DNA of 64,000 nt, taken from Chiloscyllium plagiosum (taxonomy: Eukaryota). Each line of letters begins with the position of its first letter. The first letter of the stretch is position 1. This document shows, one piece after another, positions 23,798 to 37,230 of this stretch. The DNA is taken from NCBI RefSeq assembly GCF_004010195.1, contig NC_057718.1:46435236-46499235 (forward strand), written 5' to 3'. Made by a program: the position numbers and the translations under genes. The notes below the pieces were generated by a model. The model made no database searches and had not been told where the DNA came from. It worked only from the letters and a program-made list of their open reading frames with translations.

Positions 23798-26194
23798 AGC
23801 CAAACTTCTATCCATGCTAGTATCTTGCTTCTAACATCTTGGGCCCTTATCTTTCTCAGCAGCCTACTGTGCAGCACCTTATCAAAGGCCTTGTGCAAGT
23901 CCAGATAGATAACATCCATTGGTTCTCCTTGGTGTAACCTGCTCATTACCTCCTCAAAGAATTCTAGCAGATTGGTCAGGCATGACCTCCCCTTGATGAA
24001 ACCATGCTGACTTTGCCCTATTTTACCATGCACCTCTAAGTATTCAGAAATCTCATCCTTCACAATGGACTCCACAATCTTACTAATGACTGAGGTCAGG
24101 CTAATCAGCCTGCAATTTCTTGTCTTTTGCCTGACTCCTTTCTTAAACGGGAGTTACATTAATGATTTTCCAGTTTTCTGGGACCCTCCCTGATTCCAGT
24201 GATTCCTGAAAGACCACTAACATCTCCATTATCTCTTCAGCTATCTCCTTCAGAACTCAAGGGTGTAGCCCATCTGGTTCAGGTGATCTATCCACTTTCA
24301 GACTTTTCAGTTTTTCTAGCACCTTCTCCTTGGTGATGGTCACCATATTCATCTCTGCGCCTCCAACTCTCTTGAAGTTTTAGGATATTACTCATGTCTT
24401 CCACCGTGAAGACTGATACAAAGTACTTATTCAGTTCCTCAGCCATTTCCCTGTTCTCCATTGCGACTTCTCCAGTATCATTTTCCAGCGGCTCAATGTC
24501 CTTTGTATATTTAAAGAAACTCTTGTAACCTTTCCTAATATTACTGTCATATTTAATCTTCTCCCTCCTTATTTCCTCCTTTGTTGTCCTCTGTTGCTCT
24601 TTCTAGTCTTCCCAATCCTCTGGTTTCCCACTGCCCTTCGCCATATTATATGCTTATTTTTGGCTTTAATGCTGTCCCTGACTTCCCTGGTTAGCCATGG
24701 TTGACTCATCCTCCCTTTCGATTGCTTCCTTCTCCTCGGGATGAATTTTTGCAATGTCGCCCGAATTACTCTCAAAAACTCCTGCCATTGCTGTTCCACC
24801 GTCTTTCCTTCTAGGCTCCTCTCCCAGTCAATTCTGGTCAGCTCCTCCCTCATGCCTCTGTAATTGCCTTTATTCAACTGTAATACTGTTATATCAGATT
24901 CCAGCTTCTCCCTCTCAAATTGCAGAGTAAATTCTTTCACATTATGGTCACTGCTTCCTAAGGGTTCCTTCACCTTAAGCTCTCATTAAGTCTGCTTCAT
25001 TGCACAACACTAAATCTAGAATTGCCCATTTCCTAGTGGGCTCTGCTACAAGCTGCACCAATATCGTGTAGACTTTTCTTGCAATCCACTATCAACCTGA
25101 TTTTCCCAGTACACCCACATGTTGAAATACTCAACTGGAAAACATGGGAGACTTACTGGTGGTGGTTAATATATTTTAAAAATACTACGGCTGATTTGAT
25201 AGGGAAAACGTTCAGTTGGGTGAACTTTTGGATATAATAGTAAAAAAAAGATTTTAAAATAATCTCCATTGTTAACAATCACCAGGCAGATACATGAAAA
25301 CAAGCTTTTTTTTTAAACAAACAAATATCAGTGCATAGATGATGCCCATACTGTTTGTGGAGATGAGGAAGAAATGTTGATAAAATTGGATTTTAAATGT
25401 AACAGAGAATGCCAAAGTGGAGTGCAGTGAAACCTGGACCTTAACAATCTGCATTTGTGCAGCAGCATTAACTTAAGGCCCAAGATGCTTCAATCCATAT
25501 AATTTAGATTGCAAACAGAAGGATTATAGTTACATCACTAGGCTATTGCATAATTAACCTTGTAACTATTTAAGAGAGAGGAGGGTCAACTGTGGAACAG
25601 CTCATGTTAATCTTCTTATATGGACAACTACCATTCAATGCTTATCAAAATAAACTAAATCCTTTTTTAAGTTATAATCACAAGTCATTTTCAAAATGCA
25701 GCAAAACCTCACAGTTGAATAAACTTACTTGTACATATATTAGATCCAATGTCCGAACCAAATACCAGTAACATGTAACTGCCCCAGGGGTCAACCATCT
25801 GCTGCCACCCAGTATTCTGTCAGACAGCTTTACTGCACTGGTGTTCAGAGTGAAAAGGCACAGTCAGAATAAAGATGTGCAATGACTAAAGGGAAAAGCT
25901 CCACTAGAGAAGAATTGATTATGTTAATTCAGGGACAAGTTTAAGGAAGATTGCCAACTAGGACATAACACCATTACATATCAAGGCAGATAAAGAACAA
26001 TGGGAACAATAAAGACAGATAAAATGACAACAAAGCTTATAAATAGTTGCATTTAGCCTAGTAGCGCCTTTGTGAAAATATTTGACTGTGATATTAACAC
26101 TAAACCTGCCAATGCGCTTAGCGCGATTGGGAGCTAAGTATTCATGTTGTAAAATGTTTAGAAAGGACAAGGACATTAAACTTTAATAAAATGA

Positions 26195-28320
26195 GAGAAT
26201 ATGAAGCATTTCACCTTGCACACATCAGAACTAGGATGCAAGAAATGGACTTAAACAAAAACACATCATTTTGTACAGCACAAAAAATGGGTGCTGATTG
26301 CCAAGAGATGCATTAAGGACAGTTAACTGTCATTCTTAATTCACAGGCCAAGCAGATAGATTCTGATTGGCCTGGTCATTACCATGGGGATACAGCAGCA
26401 ATTGGCCACCTCCATGACCTTCATTTTGAAAAAGGTGTACAAGTATGTACAAATTCATTTCGCTGACAATGAAAACAGGGTCCTGTTATAGCACACACAC
26501 ATGCAGCACACAGCAAGTCTGACTGATCATTTTAAATTGGTTTTCAATGCAACTCTTACCACATTCCTGATTATTTAATAAATGGTTTCCAATTGTAAAA
26601 TCACATCGAATTATGGATACGCTTTTCTGCGGCTTGACATCACAGGCAGCATTGTGCTTGGTACGAATTGTCAAGGGGATGTGTTGCTTAAAAGGTTCTA
26701 CCAGTCACTGGGACAAACGGGCTACATACCTAACACCACATTTCTCTACCCAGCTTAATCAACTTTATTCTGTGCTCAAACTAACCATTAATCTATTAGT
26801 TGAGAAGTCCGACAATGAGTTCTCAACTATGGCCTACTTAAAGCCTACATTCATGGCCAATATGTACACAGGAATTTCTACAGTTCACACGCTACGACAG
26901 TAATCTTATTCGCAACCTCATGAATTGGGCCTTACCTTTCTGCTCACTGAGATAGGGCCTAATAAAACCAACTTGTGAGATAACTGACACCCTGATCGAG
27001 TCATCAATCACTGCAGACTGAAAAAACCCAAGCCACCACTTTGGGGTCCCGAGTTGTACCCAGTCTACCTCAGATTACACTAGAAGGGGAAGTGGTCTCA
27101 AAATTCTGAACATGAATAGAAGGTGATGATTGGTTGGAAATGCAGCAAAAACAGTGAACAGTCTCTTGTTCTATGTAGCAAATACAAGTCGTTTCTCCAC
27201 AAACAGGATGCTGCCAGCAAGCCAAAAAGCCATTGTGCCTTGCATGCAAATTGGATGTTTAAGTTTTAGAACAAAGAGAACAAAGAAAATTTACAACCCA
27301 GGCCTGAGCCGATCCAAATGTGCTGTCTAAACCTGTTGGTCAATTCCTAAGCATCTGTATCCTCTGCTCCCCACCTACTGGGTGGGTTACCCTTCAGAGG
27401 GTCGGTATGGACTTGTTGGGCCGAAGGGCCTGTTTCCACACTCTTGGGAATTTAATCTAATCTAGTCTTCCATACCAGGCAACATCCTCATACACCTTCT
27501 CTGCACCATCTCCAAGGTGTACACATCCTTTTGGTAATGCGGCGACCAGAAGTGTACACAGTATTCTAAATGTGGCCGAACCAATGTCTTGTACAATTTT
27601 AACATGACTTTGCCAGCTCTTAGAGTCAATACCCCGTCCAATGAAGGCAAGCATACTATATGCCTTCTTGACCACTCTATCCACCTGTGCAGCAACCTTC
27701 AGGGTACAATGGACCTGCACTCCCAGATCTCTCTGCCCATCAACTTTTCCCAAGGCTCTTCTGTTCATTGTATAATTTGCTCTAGAATTAGTCTTGCCTA
27801 AACGTAGTGCCAGTGTGATGTCAGGTAGGTTGGTCCAATGGTTGTATGAAACAACACGCCCCTTCTACCATTTTCAGTAAGCATCATCCTGCCCTTGCTG
27901 AACCAGCTTATGCTTGCAAGCCCCAGAAAGGTACAGACATTAGATGTGACTCTATGAGAAATCACTTATTAAATAAAACTGGTCCATTAAGGGAAACCAC
28001 TTAATTAAAATTAGACTGTGCAAACTGGTGCTCTAGATATATACAAACAGGACCCTGTTTAAATAGTCTAGAGGAATTTGCACAGACATTGCATCTTTTT
28101 CCAAAATAGGGGTGATGGAGGCAGCCAATTGCAGCTGTATGGCAACATCCTGACCAATCAGAATCTATCTGCCTGCCCTGAAAAATACAAATGACAGTTC
28201 ACTGCATCTCCATCCAATCATCAACCTCCTTTCACATTGTACAATATGGTGCCTCTTTTCTCAAGTCGTTTTCTCGTATCCTAATTACGATGAGTGCAAG
28301 ATAAAAAGCTTAGAAGGTTA
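26195..28320. mobile_element. Old Penelope-like element (family E): plus-strand RT thumb/GIY-YIG remnants with an inverted 3' copy at ~26195-26720
   Basis: Minus remnant IGNHLLNNQECGKSCIENQFKMIS (GIY-YIG C-terminal-like). Plus remnant LVEKSDNEFSTMAYLKPT (RT thumb YRKPT-like). 26320-26490 is inverted-homologous to 28045-28205. Confidence 0.7.
27270..27800 (-). mobile_element. CR1 LINE 3' part, with an HE1/HER1-type tail fragment on plus at ~27378-27462, nested in the family-E Penelope
   Basis: LYKTLVRPHLEYCVHFWSPHYQKD and QRDLGVQVH. Confidence 0.85.
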
Positions 28321-28459
28321 AAAACCTTAATGCAGTTAAGAGCAATAGAAAAAGGAATTTCTTTCAGGTTGATCAGGCAGTTGGAACCCTGAAGGTAAAG
28401 TTGAAGGACTGCAAAGGGAAGCAAGATTCTTGTAATCTCGTGGAGGATTAGATAAATAA

Positions 28460-28635
28460 CCAGTGCTCAGTTAGCTGGATGACTGGTTTGCAATGCAGAG
28501 TTACACCAACAACACAGTTTCAAATCCCCCACTGGCTGAGGTTGCCATGAAGGTCCCACCTCCTCCACCTCAACCTCACCCCTCCTCAAAGATGTGGTGA
28601 ACCCCAGGTTAAACCATCACCAGTTGCCTCTATCG
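28460..28635 (+). mobile_element. tRNA-derived SINE (decayed)
   Basis: A-box-like GCTCAGTTAG and B-box-like GTTTCAAATCC. A related fragment lies at ~37960-38020. Confidence 0.45.
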
Positions 28636-28814
28636 AGGGAGCAATATTTTTCAGGGACGGAATATTTTTTGGAATCAAGGGGAGAACAGATCTTTATTTA
28701 GAAACTGGATGGCGTGATGAGTAACAAACCAAACAGTTTACAATCCAACAGGAAAGGTACATTAAAATGATGGCCAAAGCACAATACAATTGATAGCTGG
28801 ATCATGAGGGATAT

Positions 28815-29290
28815 GACACCAAGATGAGTGGGCTATTGGGAAGATTGGAGAACCAGTGAAGGAACACAGATGACTTGAGTGAGTGAGTGAAAGTTTAGCA
28901 GATGTAGAGTGTAGGAAAATATGGGCTTGTCCACTTTGATAAGAAGGTTGGAAGAGCACAAAAGTTGGTTTGACGGTGTAGCAGGTGATTGAGAATACCA
29001 ATGGAGTACTGACGTCTATTGCACGGGGAATGGAATATAAAATCAGGAAAATATGTGGAGCTGTGTACAGGCTTGCTGACACTACAACTGGTGCACTACA
29101 TACAATGTGATCTCTTTATTTGAAGAATGATATATATAACATCTTATAACCAGTTTAGAGAAAGTTGAATTAGATCCTTCCTAGAAATTAAAGACTCGTC
29201 TTATGAAGAAATGTTGAGCAGGTGGAGATTTGACCCATCAGGAGTTGAGAAAATGAGCGGTGGACTTACTGAAATATGGCAGATCCTGGG
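28815..29290 (+). mobile_element. Decayed CR1 LINE fragment
   Basis: Homology to the RT C-terminal region of other CR1 copies in the window. Confidence 0.6.
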
Positions 29291-29317
29291 TATGTCCTCT
29301 GTGACCCTGACTGTGAC

Positions 29318-30850
29318 TATAAGAAATGGGAGTGAGAGTTGGCCATTTGGCCCCTTAAGCCTATCCCACCACCCCATTTCAAAAGATCATGGCTGATCTG
29401 CTCCGGGTCTCAACTCCTCTTCTGTCCCAGCTCAACACAACACTCATATTTCCCGGATATTTCAAAAATCTAACTCTTTAAATACTTTCAGCAATCTAGC
29501 CTCCACAACTTTCTGAAGTACAGAATTGCACATATTCACTATCCTCTGGGAGAAGCAAGCCCTTCGCAACTTGGTTTTAAGTAAGTTTCCCCTTATTCCA
29601 CAGCCATGACACCTTGGTTCAAGATACTCACCACTTCTCAAAACTTCTTCTCAACATCTACCCTGTGGAGAACCTTCAGAATCTTGAATGTTTCAGTAAG
29701 ATCACCCCTCATTCTTCAAACCTCTAATGAATAACAGATTAATCTGTTTAGGCGTTTTCCCATAAGTCAGCCCTTTCATACCAGGAATCAGTCGAGTGAA
29801 GCTGTCCAGCTCCACAACTGGAAACAGTATTCCTGGTGCAGGCTCACCAACAAGCTGTAGCTTTACCAAGACTTCCCCTGTTTTTCAACTTCAAGCACCT
29901 CAGCAATTAAGGCCAAAATTACTTGCTGAATTTACATGCTAACCTTTTGGGTTTTAAGCACATGAATACCCATATGCTCTATTTTTTTGGAGTCCCTTTC
30001 CATTCAAATAGTGTAATCTGCCTTTTGATTCTTCCTACCAAAGTACATGACCTCCCACTTTCCTATATCAAACACCATCTGCCAAATTTTTGCCCACACT
30101 GTCAACCTATCTAGATCCCTTTGCAGATTCCTCATGCCCTCATCTCTATATGCCCTAAAATCTATTCTCAGATCATCAGCAATTTTGGGATACATTACAC
30201 ACGATCCCCTTCTCTTGATATAGGTAAGAAATCATTAAGACCCCAGGACTGATCCTTGTGCGACTCTCCCAGTGATGGCTTTTCAACCTGAAAAAGACCC
30301 ATTAATTCCAACTGTCTTCTGTGTGTTCACCAATCCAAGCCATGTTAATACATTACTCCCAATACCATGAGCTCCAAACGCATGCAAAAAGCTTTTATCT
30401 GGCACATTATCAAATATCTTCTGGAATCCAAATACACTACATCAACCTTTGTCAATTATATTTGTTCTATCCTCAAAGAATTTCAGCAAATTAGATAAAC
30501 ACAATTTCCCTTTTTCAAAGCCATGTTAACTCTGATTACATTAAACTTTTCTAAATGTTCTGCTACTTATTCCTTGATAATGGTCTCTAGTATACTCGGC
30601 AATGTCAGATGTTAGACTAACGGCTATAGTTTCTGGCTTTCCGTCTCCCTCCCTTCTTGTACAAGGGTGTCACATTAGTAGTTTTCCTAACCATTGAAGC
30701 CACTCAGAATTCAGGGAGTTCTGGAATATTACCACCAATATTCCCACTACCTCTTTCACACTTCTTTTAAAAGCCTTGAGTGCAGGTCATCAGGTCCAAG
30801 CAACCTGACTATTTTTCATCCCATTCATTTGTCAAATACCTTTGTCCCAC
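29318..30850 (-). mobile_element. Decayed CR1 LINE
   Basis: KIADD..LQRDLDRLTVWAKIWQMVF. Confidence 0.8.
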
Positions 30851-31243
30851 ATGCTGGAGACTGTAACAAGATATTTCCTGTTGTTAGTGCCTTATCTATT
30901 ATCTTTGGAATGTTTAGTGTCCTTCACCATGAATACAAATGCAAAATATTGGTTTATGTTATCGTCCTGTCCACTCTCCCCATCAATTCCTCTGTTAGAT
31001 CTTCCAAGATTTCCCACAACTACTTCAGCTACTCTTTACATTTATATACCCTAAGAAGCTCTTGCTATTTGTTTTTATATTGTTTGCCAATTAACTTCCA
31101 TAAGTCAATTTTTCCTGCTTTATTATCTTTTTAGTAATCTGCTGGCTCTTTAAATAATCCCAATCCTTAGGCCTACCAGTGGTTTTTTTAACCACTTTGC
31201 ACGCCGTAGGTTTTGATTACATACTCTGAGGGAGGGGAAGGAA

Positions 31244-31333
31244 GGAGTGGGGTGGGGAAAAGGAGTGGGGTGGGGAAAAGGAGTGGGGTGGGGAAAAGGA
31301 GTGGGGTGGGGAAAAGGAGTGGGGTGGGGAAAA
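31244..31333 (+). repeat. Perfect 18-bp tandem repeat x5 (GGAGTGGGGTGGGGAAAA)
   Basis: Five identical units, directly visible. Confidence 0.95.
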
Positions 31334-33600
31334 GGAAAAAAAAGAAGAGATTTTTTTAAAAAAAGGAGGGAGAGGAAGAAAAAGAGGGAGGCACACCAGA
31401 CCAGAGGATAGAATTCAAGTTCAATGCAAAAGTGAGACATAAAAATGTTCTTGAAAATGTTTTATAAGCAGCTTTAAAGGTATTTATTGATTCATTTTGC
31501 AACCACTCCACAAATATCTTTTTTCAGCCAATTCTGTTACTTATCCCATTTTATTAACCACACTGCTGTTGGAAATTGAGATATACCCGATCGAACAAGA
31601 TGCAACTTATTAAGGGGGTTCTGACATCGATATGGGGACAGTGGAGTTGACATTCTCACTGATTTCAATTTCTGTTAGCTTGACAAGGCCGCAGTGCAGC
31701 CTGTGCTCGAATCCCAAGTGACAGTGACTTCACTGTCTGTACATGTCTCATATCCTGAGGTTACATCAGTTTCCCAAGGTTGTAAAGGGGCAAATTCGGA
31801 TAGTTTGCCACTGACCACCCCACCCCCCCCCCACCCCCAATCCTGCTTCTCTAACACCAAAACAATTGCAATGTCCAGCCCATACAGTCCCTGTAATATT
31901 TTTGAAATCAACATGGAGATATATAAATTGATTTTTTTTGTCAAGTAAATATAATACTTTATGATCCTAATTTCCATTTTGTCAAAGCAAACAGGTCCAA
32001 AATTAAAATAAAGAAATTGGAATAGGGAAGAGCTAAACCTACGTTAATCTGCTAATTTAATCAAGCTTTTGCCTTGTAATTTACTCTCAGCACTCCTGGT
32101 GTTGCATTAGAAAAGGGAGCTGCTGAAAATGATTCACTGTTATAGTTACGACAACCCCTCAGGAATCTCCTTAGTCTCTGCAGAATAACATAATTTGTGA
32201 AAGTGCTTAAGAAAATTAATATAGTTTGGCACATCTGTTTAACACAAGGTCACTAAATAAAGTGTCCTTTGAAGATATGATTGGAATGTCAAGAGGTTTA
32301 CATTAATTCTCTCTGTATAAATCTTTATTTTTTTCTGGATATCAGTTCTTTACAAATATGAATCCAAGGATTAAGAAAAATAAATCCATCCACATGCTTT
32401 CTGAGAGAGGAAGAAAAAGAATCAAAGAGAGCACCATAATAATTCACTCTTAAGAAAATAAACCTTTTCATATTATGGTGTAATAAGAGGTGATACTGCA
32501 CTGTACTTTCAACACTTATATCTTCACAAACCTTGATCTACACCACAATTATTCCGTTTCCACCATGATCAATGGGAAAGCAGTAAATTAGCAGTTACAC
32601 AAACTGGAAAAAAATCGTAAGAGTCGACAGTGATACTTGAATTTTAGTTTAATTTCAGTTTTCAGTTGACATTCCCCCCCCACCCCCAAACAAACTTCAT
32701 GAGTTTTGCTCTCAAGAGTTAGATGTCACAATAACACTTGACTGAATTACTGGAATTCATCTATCATTCTGCATCACTTACCTCATTGTGTAAACTTGGA
32801 GTAGTGTTAAACATGTGTGGGATAAGACTGAACCCAACTACACCTGTCACTGTAAAACAGCCTCAGGGTCTTGTTGGATTTAACGAGGCAATCATGTAAT
32901 TATAAATGCAGCATTACCACAGACCTCAGAACATTGGACTCAAAGTCTTGCACCTGCAAAGGTCATCATATTCCGCTAATTTTGTCAAAAAATTTTTCTT
33001 CTCCCTAATAAAAATTGTTTACATTTTGATTTTACTGCAATGGTTTTATAGTGGTAGCCCTATAATATGCAAGATTTTACGTAACGCTACAGTACTTCTG
33101 ATCATATTGGTCTTCTCAATTTCTGTGAATTTTTCAGCATTCAATCTCTGGTTTTAAACCAAAAAAACCTTCCTTTTTCATGCTTCTGTAAGCTCATCTT
33201 AATTACAACTTGTCTAACAGGAGTCTAGTAAGTATATATGAAGGGGCTCAAGCTTATGTATTCTTTGCTGTAGCGATACACATTAGTACTTGGAACAATA
33301 TATATTGAAACAGCAAATTTAATGTGATAAAACATTGTACTCTCCAGAAATTATTGTTTCTATATTACAAATGGTCTTGTTGAATTCTTGCCACCATTTT
33401 ACAACATGCAATACAACCACACAAGCTTGCAATTTTGATTAAATAAACTCACATCCTCCTTGCCTTGATTTCTGCAAAACACAGGTAAACCAAGTCATTT
33501 TTCTTTTTTCTAGCTGTCAAGACCAATAGCTTCAAAAGCTGCACCCTCAGCTGGTGGCTGATTGATAGTTAAACCCATGAAAATGATGCTGAAGAATTAC

Positions 33601-33693
33601 CTTGTCAATCACCCCAAGGACTCTGAAGGCCTTCAGCTCCTCTGCAGGATTCCTCAGGTTCCAAGCAGGCCTTGAACTTAGTGGTCCCGGAGG
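33601..33693 (-). CDS. RPS6KC1: RPS6KC1 exon: PPGPLSSRPAWNLRNPAEELKAFRVLGVIDK (start of N-terminal kinase-like lobe)
   Basis: Acceptor cttctattAG, donor AAG|GTAATT; 93 nt, phase 0 to 0. PAEELKAFRVLGVIDK is characteristic of RPS6KC1. Confidence 0.95.
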
Positions 33694-34733
33694 CTAATAG
33701 AAGATATCAAAGGTATCACATCAATCACAGGAACACTTTAAGGAAGATGGCCTACTGGCGCAAATGCCAAGTTATAGAAAACTAAATTTGTCACAGAACA
33801 GTTGTGGACAAGATCAAAAGGCAATTTCTTTCCGCTCCAAGCCTGTGTATAGTACTGAGGAGAATCCCCATAGAAGTATTTATTTGGTCAGGATACAGAG
33901 TCATTATTAAGTTTAGAGTGTGGCAGCTGTTCACAAATATCAGCAATGCAATATTAACAAATGCGGTTTCTGGTGTGTGAATAAAAGAGTGGCATCAGCC
34001 AACAGAATCTTCAGGACCTACAAATTTAATCTACATCAGATATAAAATTACTGATGATTGACTATATCACAGGATTAGAGCTTTGATCCTGAAAATTTAC
34101 AGTTTAGTCAAACGGCCACCAGAACTTCATCGGGATGGTTGTGGAACTGCTTGAAACTCGGCTGAGAACTGAACATGCAGGGTCCCAGTATTATAGCCAA
34201 GTGTCCTATACCAGGCCAACGGACTCATTGTATCAGGCATTCCTACACTCTGGGCCTACAGCAAGACTATGCAAATAGCCAGTTACACCAGGCCTACTTA
34301 CGCAGTCATCAATAGGAGTGCCTCTCATAGAAGGGAAGGTGATTTGTTTTTTAAAACATTAATAAGACCATACATTTTCTGGGCTTACTATGTTGTCTCT
34401 GAAGGACGAGAATGAAGAGTAAGGAGGATCGGGGAAAGCTATCCTCTTGCCAACAAAAGTCACCCAGTGGCACTGCCATCCCCAGGTTAACGAAAGAGTG
34501 TTTCCACCACCTATTGGGGTCAGTAGGTTGTCTATATAGAAAAACCACAAGGTCAACCAGAAATGTACTGCAACTTTGTGATTCTGGGCCCAGATCTTCA
34601 GCTTAGTGTTGGTCCTACGCACTTTACAGTTATCTGCAAACATCTCAGTGCTCTCAACGATAATGCAGCAGCAATGGGTCAGCAAAGTTTTTCAAAGGCA
34701 GGAGCAGCAGGCAGAGGGCTGCGCGGTGGCAGT

Positions 34734-34857
34734 GGGCGGCGCGGTGGCACAGTGGTTAGCACTGCTGCCTCACAGCGCCTGAGACCCGGGTTCACTTCCC
34801 GCCTCAGGCGACTGGGCCTGTTTCCACACTGTAAGTAATCTAATGTAAGTAATCTAA
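34734..34857 (+). mobile_element. Internally deleted HE1-like SINE (tRNA head joined directly to the tail)
   Basis: GGTGGCACAGTGGTTAGC..CCGGGTTCACTTCCC..GGCGACTG|GGCCTGTTTCCACACTGTAAGTAATCTAA. Confidence 0.8.
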
Positions 34858-35429
34858 AGAGGAGAAATGGACACAGAAACAACAAACACTTTTTTTAAAA
34901 ACATCTCAGACAAGTTTGTTTTAAAAAGTGCTCTCAAGTCTTCGGCAGAAAGATGAGGGACTAGGTGTGGGATGAGGAGTGAAAGAGCACGAGCAGATAT
35001 GAAAGAGTATTGGCATTAGGGAAAAGGGACCAAGACAGGAGGGGGGTGGTGGGATGTTGAGGGTGCAAGTGTGGGGGAAAAGAGCAAGTGAGAGATGGGA
35101 TGGAAGTCATCACATCTAGCTGGTTTGGGGAAGGTGGTTGATTCTAGTACACAGTCCATTTATTCTGGCTAATAAGCAAGTAGCCAGGGAAATCCCACAT
35201 ATCCGGGTTTGTGACTCTAAACTCAGTGTCAGGGACTTCAAGCAATGGAAATCAACCCACTGGAATTTTTGCCGAGAGCAGCAACCCAATAACTAATATT
35301 TATCCTCAAATTTAATCACAAAAACAGATTATCTGATCATTACCATATCGCCATTACAGGAGATTGCTGGTACAAATTGATTACTGCCCTTTCCTACATG
35401 CCAAACTTGTCCTTAATTATTGTTTATAA

Positions 35430-35580
35430 AATTCATTCACAGGATAAGGGGATCACTGGCTCGACCAGCATTTATTACTCATCCCTCATTGCCCTAAGTC
35501 AACCACATTGTTATGGGTCTGGAGTCACACGTAGCCAGATCCAGTAAGCATAGCAGTTTCCTTCTCTAAACGACGTAGGG
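35430..35580 (-). mobile_element. SINE 3' fragment of the family seen at 41355-41695
   Basis: Shared AGTCAACCACATTG..GGAGTCACA block, also at ~63180-63290. Confidence 0.6.
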
Positions 35581-36076
35581 GAGTTGAGTGTATATCATTA
35601 TTAGAGATCATGAAAGATTTGTAAAGTCACGTCTTCCTTCCAATTTCACTATGGACATAGTGGACAACTAGCACATTTTCCACTTTGTAGATTACAAGCA
35701 ACATTATTCATCAGAATGCTCCAAGGACCATTGGTAAATTGTCCAAGGCCCCAAAACACTAACTATGAATGCATTTGAATCTGAAATTGTGGTTGGTAGA
35801 ATTAAAGAATCCTAATTTCTCTGTCAATCATTCCTCATAAAAGATGATAAAACTGATGCACAAAGGGGTTCACTGAGGTTTGCTACACTTTAACAGGGGT
35901 TAGGGGTGGAAGTGCAGTTGTTTGCAATCATTGCAGGCTCCAACATCAGAAGCCTGGAAACAATAGAATCTTTACTATTAAATAGAAATCAGTTTCATGA
36001 AAACAATGCACAGGGTTGTCAGACTACATTTATTCCCAGATAGTGATATTAAATTTCAAGACAGTAATTTTTGGAA

Positions 36077-36295
36077 CAAAAATAGAAATTGCTGAAAAAG
36101 CTCACCAGGTCTGGCAGTATCCGTGGAGAGAAACCAGAATTAACGTTTTGGGTCTAGTGACCCTTACTGACAACTGGACCCGAAACATTAACCGTGCTTT
36201 CTCTCCACAAATGCTGCCAGACCTGCTTGACTTTCTCAACAATTTCTGTTTTTGTTTCTAATTTCCAGCATCTGCAGTTTTTTCAGTTTCTTTTT
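36077..36295. mobile_element. Penelope-derived fold-back element (family B), 14-bp TSD
   Basis: Inverted arms. TSD AGT(A/T)ATTTTTGGAA at 36063-36076 and 36296-36309. Confidence 0.75.
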
Positions 36296-37034
36296 AGTTA
36301 TTTTTGGAAGTATGGTTTCACTTGCAATGTGAATATTGAGGGAACAACAGCTGCATTCTTTCAAGAAGATCCCTAAAATGTATTACTGGTCTCCCATTAA
36401 GAATACCTTTGCTGTTCAGTTTGATAACAAGACAGATTACTGCTCTTTGGAAATGGATTTGAATCTATTCCCTTCAGTTTTGTCTCTGCTTTCCTGAGCT
36501 CAGCCCCATCCTCCACATGTTCAATCATAATGCTTTTCAATGTCACACTTGTATATTTTGTTGTATTTTCAGGAAAAAGTTGGCAGAACTAGTTAACAGA
36601 AAACATTTTGGTCAAGCAGGACACAGTCCAGACACTAAATTATTCTGATTAGCTGCAATAGATTGCCAGCTCTGTACAAAACAGAGACCACAACAGCAGA
36701 TGTGTGCATAAAATCACACCAGAAAATCTCCAAAAACAGAGAAATACTAGACAATAAAACTAATAAAAAACAATTAATTTCCAGTATTTACATTGCCTTT
36801 GAGTAGGGCAAGATGGAACCCCAACCAATGTCGACAGCAATGGAAAGACGCTGATGGTGATAATGGAAAGTAGCATTTTTACACTAAGCAAAGATCATGT
36901 GACTTCCTGTTAGCAAAGAACAACATCATTACAATTTCCCTAGCTACAGCATATTATAGAACAAATGCATTTGTGAATTAATTAGGTATTATTTCAGGTA
37001 AAAAGTATGCAATCTGCTATGATAGGGACCCAGT

Positions 37035-37230
37035 CAGACCAAAAACTTCAAGGAGTATGTGGAACGAGCTGCCAATTACAACATTTATAAGGCAGCTGGA
37101 TGGTTGTATGAATAGGAAGGATTTAAAGGGATACGGGCCAAACGCTGGCAAATGGGACTAGGTTAATTGGAATGTCTGGTTGCCACAGATGAGTTGGACT
37201 GAAGGGCCTGTTTCTGTGCTGTATGACTGA
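37035..37230 (+). mobile_element. CR1 (HER1-like) 3' end
   Basis: Tail ..GAGTTGGACTGAAGGGCCTGTTTCTGTGCTGTATGACT. Confidence 0.65.

Larger units (their letters stand above)
22476..25125 (-). mobile_element. CR1 LINE (ORF2 endonuclease-end/RT remnants), split by a Penelope insertion
   Basis: EPLGSSDHN, QHGFIKGRSCLTNLLEFFEEV..DVIYLD..KAFDKV, FTLYINDLDEG..KSADN. Confidence 0.9.

Noticed and set aside
23449..24075. 208-aa ORF that looks like a novel RT fusion
   Set aside because: CR1 RT remnant reading by chance into an inserted Penelope fold-back element.
31150..31440. ORF with a PFPHPT repeat
   Set aside because: Translation of the 18-bp minisatellite.
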